Source: Mantamonas sphyraenae STR306
Taxonomy: Eukaryota; Protista; CRuMs
Reading direction: 5' to 3'
Assembly (NCBI GenBank): GCA_026936335.1
Contig: JAPMXV010000029.1
Coordinates: 1 to 64,000, forward strand
DNA length: 64,000 bases
Shown: positions 60,901-64,000 of the stretch, piece by piece
Position numbering within the stretch: the stretch's first letter is position 1
Layout: each line of letters starts with the position of its first letter
Notes under the pieces: generated by a model
The model's database searches: none
What the model was told of the DNA's origin: nothing
What the model saw: the letters and a program-made list of their open reading frames with translations, nothing else
Program-made: the position numbers and the translations under genes

Positions 60901-63900
60901 CTGGAAACGTACGTGCAGGGCGTTGGTGCCTGTCCAAACTTGACGATCAGGTTGGGCACGTCGAGAAAGCCCGTGCCGAACACCAGTGCAGGCACGCGTA
61001 GGCCTGCCGGTGCCTTTGTGACACTGATGGCCTGCACACTGAGCGCTCCATGGTATGTAAAGGTGCCTGGATTCGTCGCCTTGACCCAGTCTTGGCCATT
61101 CAAGGCAACCCACAGCGTGGTTTGCAACGGTCGCGTTGTGACTGCGGAAGGCAATGCAGGCGTCACCACTTGCAACACACTCGCACTGGGTGTAATGGCG
61201 CTGAGCATACTGCTGTTCCATGCCATGGACGTCAACCTGACCTTGATGCCCACCAACGTGTGCAAGTACTCTCCCCGCACGGTGGTGGTCGTCCCTCCAG
61301 TCTGCTTGCCGTACTCGGGTGACGTGTGGTTAAACACGGGTGTGGCGTACACGCGCATGGTCCTGCCGTTGCTTGTCCAATCGCCTCCGGCATTCGTGCT
61401 CACTTCCACACCCACGTCCACGTACCCCTCACCGTTCAGAGTGACCTTGCCTTCCAACGAGGGCATTGTAAAGCTGCACGACGTCCCCGCGTCCGTGCCA
61501 GTCACGTTGATGTACACTGGCGGCGAACTTTTGATCCACACACGAAGCGACCCGTCCACACCCGCCGCATCGAGCATGTCGGTACCGGTGAGGGTGACAT
61601 GGGTGGAACCTGTGATGGGTGCACTCGTGGGCGATGTGCTACTCACCACAGGGGACACCGTGACGAATGAGGACGCACCATTCGTCGATGTGAACTGGTT
61701 CTCTGCGGTTTGGCCGTTTAGAGACACCTGAACGTTTGCTGTGCCCGCGACAATGCCTGGCACGGTGCATGTGATCGAAGAACTGTTCACAAACGTACCT
61801 GGCACCGTGGCACCGCCGATGCGCACGAGGATGTTTGGTGTGGAAACAAAGCCGGCGCCGAACACGGTGAGTTGCACGGGCAACTGCACAGGTGACTTTG
61901 CAGGATGGATCGCTGTCACGACGGGCATCGCGTACGTGTTCATGGTCACGTTGGTGTTGCTTGTGTAGTCGGCACTGTTGGTGGTCGCAGCCACCACCAC
62001 ACTGCCGACTGCCATACCAGCCGGCGTGGTGCATGTCAACACGGTGTCACTCACCATGGTGGCACTCACCGACGATCCACCCCCGAATCTGCACTTGATG
62101 AGCGCCGGGCTGTTGTCCGTCAGGTTGAACCCATGCCCGTGAATGGTCACCACAGTACCACCACTTGTGGGTCCCCACAACGGCGATATGCTGTCCACAC
62201 GGAAGAATCGCAACTCTTTCCACGGGCTCCATTGCTGCCCATTGAGCGCGATGCCCACTTCAGCATATCCGCTTGCGGGGATCGCCGGCAGCGTAGCACG
62301 CACAAGCACGTTGCTGACCCAGGTGCCCGTCACAGTTACCACCGTGTTGCCACTGCTACGCACTCGTGCACGTATCTCCACACCCGTGTTTGCAAATTGC
62401 TTTCCTCCGTCCGGAGCCAAGTCCAAAGAGATGCCTGACGTGGACACTGGCAACGTCCGTGGAGTGGCTCCAGCCAGCCCATGATCTCCGTACAACCCAA
62501 ACGAAATGGACCCTCCTACATACTGCACGCCATTGGGTGCAACCGTGACTTGTGTTGCGTGGGTCGCTCCGGGATCTAGCGCTGGGATGTTGAACGCAGG
62601 TGTCGTCACCAGAATTCCACTGCCCACAAACGCTGCGTTCGGCTGCTTTGCGGCGGTCGTTCCGGTGGGATCCATGTTCACCACAGGCGTGTCCCCTCCG
62701 TTTGTGAACGATGTCCCAGACAAGGTGATCACGGTGCCTCCACTGCTCAGGCCGCTGTACACCGTCGATGTCGTCAGTGTCATTGCGGACGTGTAAACGA
62801 GAAATCCAGGCGACTGCACCACAGAGTACTGCTGTCCGTTCAGGGTCACGTAGACAAGGCCACGTTGTGCATGCGCTGTGGCTGGCGAGGTGGTGCATTG
62901 CACCACCGTCCCTGAGGCCGATACAGTGGCCGCTACAGACACGTTTGTCGCCCCGCCGTTGGTTTCAAAAACACACTTGGAGGCTGCAGGCACGTGTCCG
63001 GTCGCGTTTTGAGCGTGGATGTCAACGACGGTGTTTCCAGACGATGGTCCGCTCACGGGGCTCAGCGCCAGCATATCTCCAGAGTAAAAGGAGAATGTGG
63101 GCGGCACGAACAACGGGCTGGTATTGTTCGACAGGATACTGACTGTGGCGCGTGCAGGATGGTCAAACGAAGGAGAGCGGCAAACCAGCTTGGATGAGCT
63201 CACCAGTTCGCACTGCGTCGACGCATGCTGGATTCCGCCAGAGACAAACGTCGGTTTGTCCGACGCGTCAAACACGCCGCCGACAATGGTTATCAGAGTG
63301 TCTCCACTTGTAGGACCGGCTTCAGGAGTGATGCCATTGACAACGGGGAAGGTTGCGTTGCACACGGTCGAACCCGGCAAAAAGTTTGCTGATCCCTCTG
63401 GGCAACTTGCACACGAGGTCACTCCGGTTGTGTTGGCAAAGGTGCCCGCCCGGCAGAGAGGACAGTCCACCAGACCGTTGTCTCCCGTCACAGCGGTTTG
63501 CAGGACGGAACCTGAAAAGGTGCCCACCTGTGTGCAGTTGAACACGGACTTGGTCATGCTCAGCACAGAGTCGATCCCGCCATTGTTGGCACTACTGAGT
63601 GCGCCCGAAGTGTACCCGGCCACAAAAACCATGCCTGTGGCGGATACGGCAACGGCACGGCCAAAATCGTCCGCAGCTGTGCCCCACACCTTGGTCCACA
63701 CAGTGGTCCCAGCCGAGTTCAGCTTCACGACAAAGATGTCCTTCAGCCCGGCATTGACTTGGCCACCCAAGTTTCCCGTGGTGATGCCAACGACGTAGAT
63801 GTCGTGCGCGGTGGACACGGCTACACCGTACGCCACTTCGTTGCCCGACGTGCCGATTTGTCTCGTCCACTGTCGTCCTCCGGTTGCGTTCCACTTGGTG

Positions 63901-64000
63901 ACAAACGCGTCGTCGCCCCCATGAAACTGTTGTCCGTCCAACGATGCTGACGTGTAGCCGGCAACATAGGCGTCACCCGAGGCAGACACAGCCACATCCT
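57969..64000 (-). CDS. Large surface protein, 5' end outside the window: SBBP-like beta-propeller repeats, Cys-rich repeat, multiple IPT/TIG domains, Cys-rich region, multi-pass TM C-terminus
   Basis: Uninterrupted ORF of over 2000 aa; AVSASGDAYVAGYTSASL...DDAFVTKWNATGGRQWTRQIGT; ISPLWGPTSGGTVVTIHGHGF (IPT/TIG); CATGYEGTLCGTCSTGYY; YSSIFNKYGPQYFWFEAMVLLRK. Confidence 0.92.
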   Translation of the reverse strand, partial: DVAVSASGDAYVAGYTSASLDGQQFHGGDDAFVTKWNATGGRQWTRQIGTSGNEVAYGVAVSTAHDIYVVGITTGNLGGQVNAGLKDIFVVKLNSAGTTVWTKVWGTAADDFGRAVAVSATGMVFVAGYTSGALSSANNGGIDSVLSMTKSVFNCTQVGTFSGSVLQTAVTGDNGLVDCPLCRAGTFANTTGVTSCASCPEGSANFLPGSTVCNATFPVVNGITPEAGPTSGDTLITIVGGVFDASDKPTFVSGGIQHASTQCELVSSSKLVCRSPSFDHPARATVSILSNNTSPLFVPPTFSFYSGDMLALSPVSGPSSGNTVVDIHAQNATGHVPAASKCVFETNGGATNVSVAATVSASGTVVQCTTSPATAHAQRGLVYVTLNGQQYSVVQSPGFLVYTSAMTLTTSTVYSGLSSGGTVITLSGTSFTNGGDTPVVNMDPTGTTAAKQPNAAFVGSGILVTTPAFNIPALDPGATHATQVTVAPNGVQYVGGSISFGLYGDHGLAGATPRTLPVSTSGISLDLAPDGGKQFANTGVEIRARVRSSGNTVVTVTGTWVSNVLVRATLPAIPASGYAEVGIALNGQQWSPWKELRFFRVDSISPLWGPTSGGTVVTIHGHGFNLTDNSPALIKCRFGGGSSVSATMVSDTVLTCTTPAGMAVGSVVVAATTNSADYTSNTNVTMNTYAMPVVTAIHPAKSPVQLPVQLTVFGAGFVSTPNILVRIGGATVPGTFVNSSSITCTVPGIVAGTANVQVSLNGQTAENQFTSTNGASSFVTVSPVVSSTSPTSAPITGSTHVTLTGTDMLDAAGVDGSLRVWIKSSPPVYINVTGTDAGTSCSFTMPSLEGKVTLNGEGYVDVGVEVSTNAGGDWTSNGRTMRVYATPVFNHTSPEYGKQTGGTTTTVRGEYLHTLVGIKVRLTSMAWNSSMLSAITPSASVLQVVTPALPSAVTTRPLQTTLWVALNGQDWVKATNPGTFTYHGALSVQAISVTKAPAGLRVPALVFGTGFLDVPNLIVKFGQAPTPCTYVSSTSVSCWSPPLVATTATVDISLNGGVEVSGNTTASFVTVSPVVSSTSPTSAPITGSTHVTLTGTDMLDAAGVDGSLRVWIKSSPPVYINVTGTDAGTSCSFTMPSLEGKVTLNGGGYVDVGVEVSTNAGGDWTSNGRTMRVYAAPSLNASIPGAMPLTGGTVVSLTGRFAPVSDVTSVRLQDGNGWQSASVQASKSLDTLVATLPAYHRTQGAAVSLDVFVALNGLNWVDTSLKVTAYPTPTVTSVTPARKTPGQTAAVTIVGSGFLDTGFVTVQLGTGNLFTPTSIATTAIVLVSPASQPQGEYLVEVSLNAGQQFASEPTVQFRVLQEALTCPDNTEATGDAPTSLSDCQCKADFYQPNLQTGLPCIPCPPNAKCTGRLNQPVAQPGYFSTGTAGDLRFTQCAVKSACLGGNSSACATGYEGTLCGTCSTGYYKLGDTCQPCRQGSGGTLAILVVLFVLYLVFVRRQVRSSPKKKTGKVAALAITHLQVMSTFAEYRLNWPEGVQSVFNYFSLANFNIDTAAPECSVAQGWNAETRFWVTMLLPVALLIGLLTRVLVQYVHANWVMQNGERFRLEHAEFCAEPDPAQSKGSFVLGLTRHYVSTLFTEAEVVDQSTLRYLTNEMLFSMGLLYITLCTRVLEVFDCTEVRTGVFVMDASPDVLCWVEGGIHSKLVGPAVVFGLVYVLGTPVVFLSIMLTGRDAENRESTEFQQKYSSIFNKYGPQYFWFEAMVLLRKGAVVGVKLFATNLPALQGLMGMLVLGGATVVHDRTQPYKTSMQNNLESILLIESFVLLVAGMVFVTESDSGSADDWGNLTMAVGISVLVVCVAYVVRDLWTGVRELQRDKTVDAGKAGTADTFMVAVRALFHADYHGSLEKIATERMDDQVLEKLLAEVQMLKEVKQGCTVQRLESAQNMINPEWYSSLVLHADQNPDSALTSIVQDLESYNTSWMSMWTRSRVRDDSRDNENKIEMDDL
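60475..61672. repeat. Near-identical 328-bp intragenic duplication (60475-60802 and 61345-61672)
   Basis: Same ~109-aa IPT-like domain encoded twice, 870 bp apart, with only a few mismatches. Confidence 0.93.

Noticed and set aside
60085-61731. 548-aa plus-strand ORF
   Set aside because: Antisense shadow of the IPT/TIG gene

Overview
This window is the end of a GC-rich eukaryotic (probably protist) chromosome; the species cannot be determined from sequence alone. It opens with a (CCCTAA)n telomere (1-147), followed by an LRR / Cys-rich / multi-pass membrane receptor (833-5494) and a decayed SPRY-containing gene (~5.7-10.9 kb). From ~11.2 to 56.6 kb lies a tandem array of 17 paralogs of one family: 14 apparently intact, one lacking its ATG, one with a nonsense codon and one frameshifted. 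Each has a ~30-aa exon 1, a conserved phase-0 intron, 5-20 ribonuclease-inhibitor-type 28-aa (84-bp) LRRs with hypervariable concave-face positions, about two ankyrin repeats, a Trp-rich linker and a C-terminal WxTLPDEVMERVIGW motif resembling the C-terminal F-box of poxvirus PRANC proteins. An acidic/basic NLS-like tail is present in only some copies. The paralogs are mosaics of each other. My main inference is that this is a subtelomeric, recombination-diversified repertoire of intracellular LRR-ANK-F-box-like ubiquitin-ligase adaptors, i.e. a candidate protist innate-immune system. The window ends inside a large beta-propeller / IPT-TIG / multi-pass membrane protein gene. Exon boundaries, repeat counts and domain calls were made by eye.
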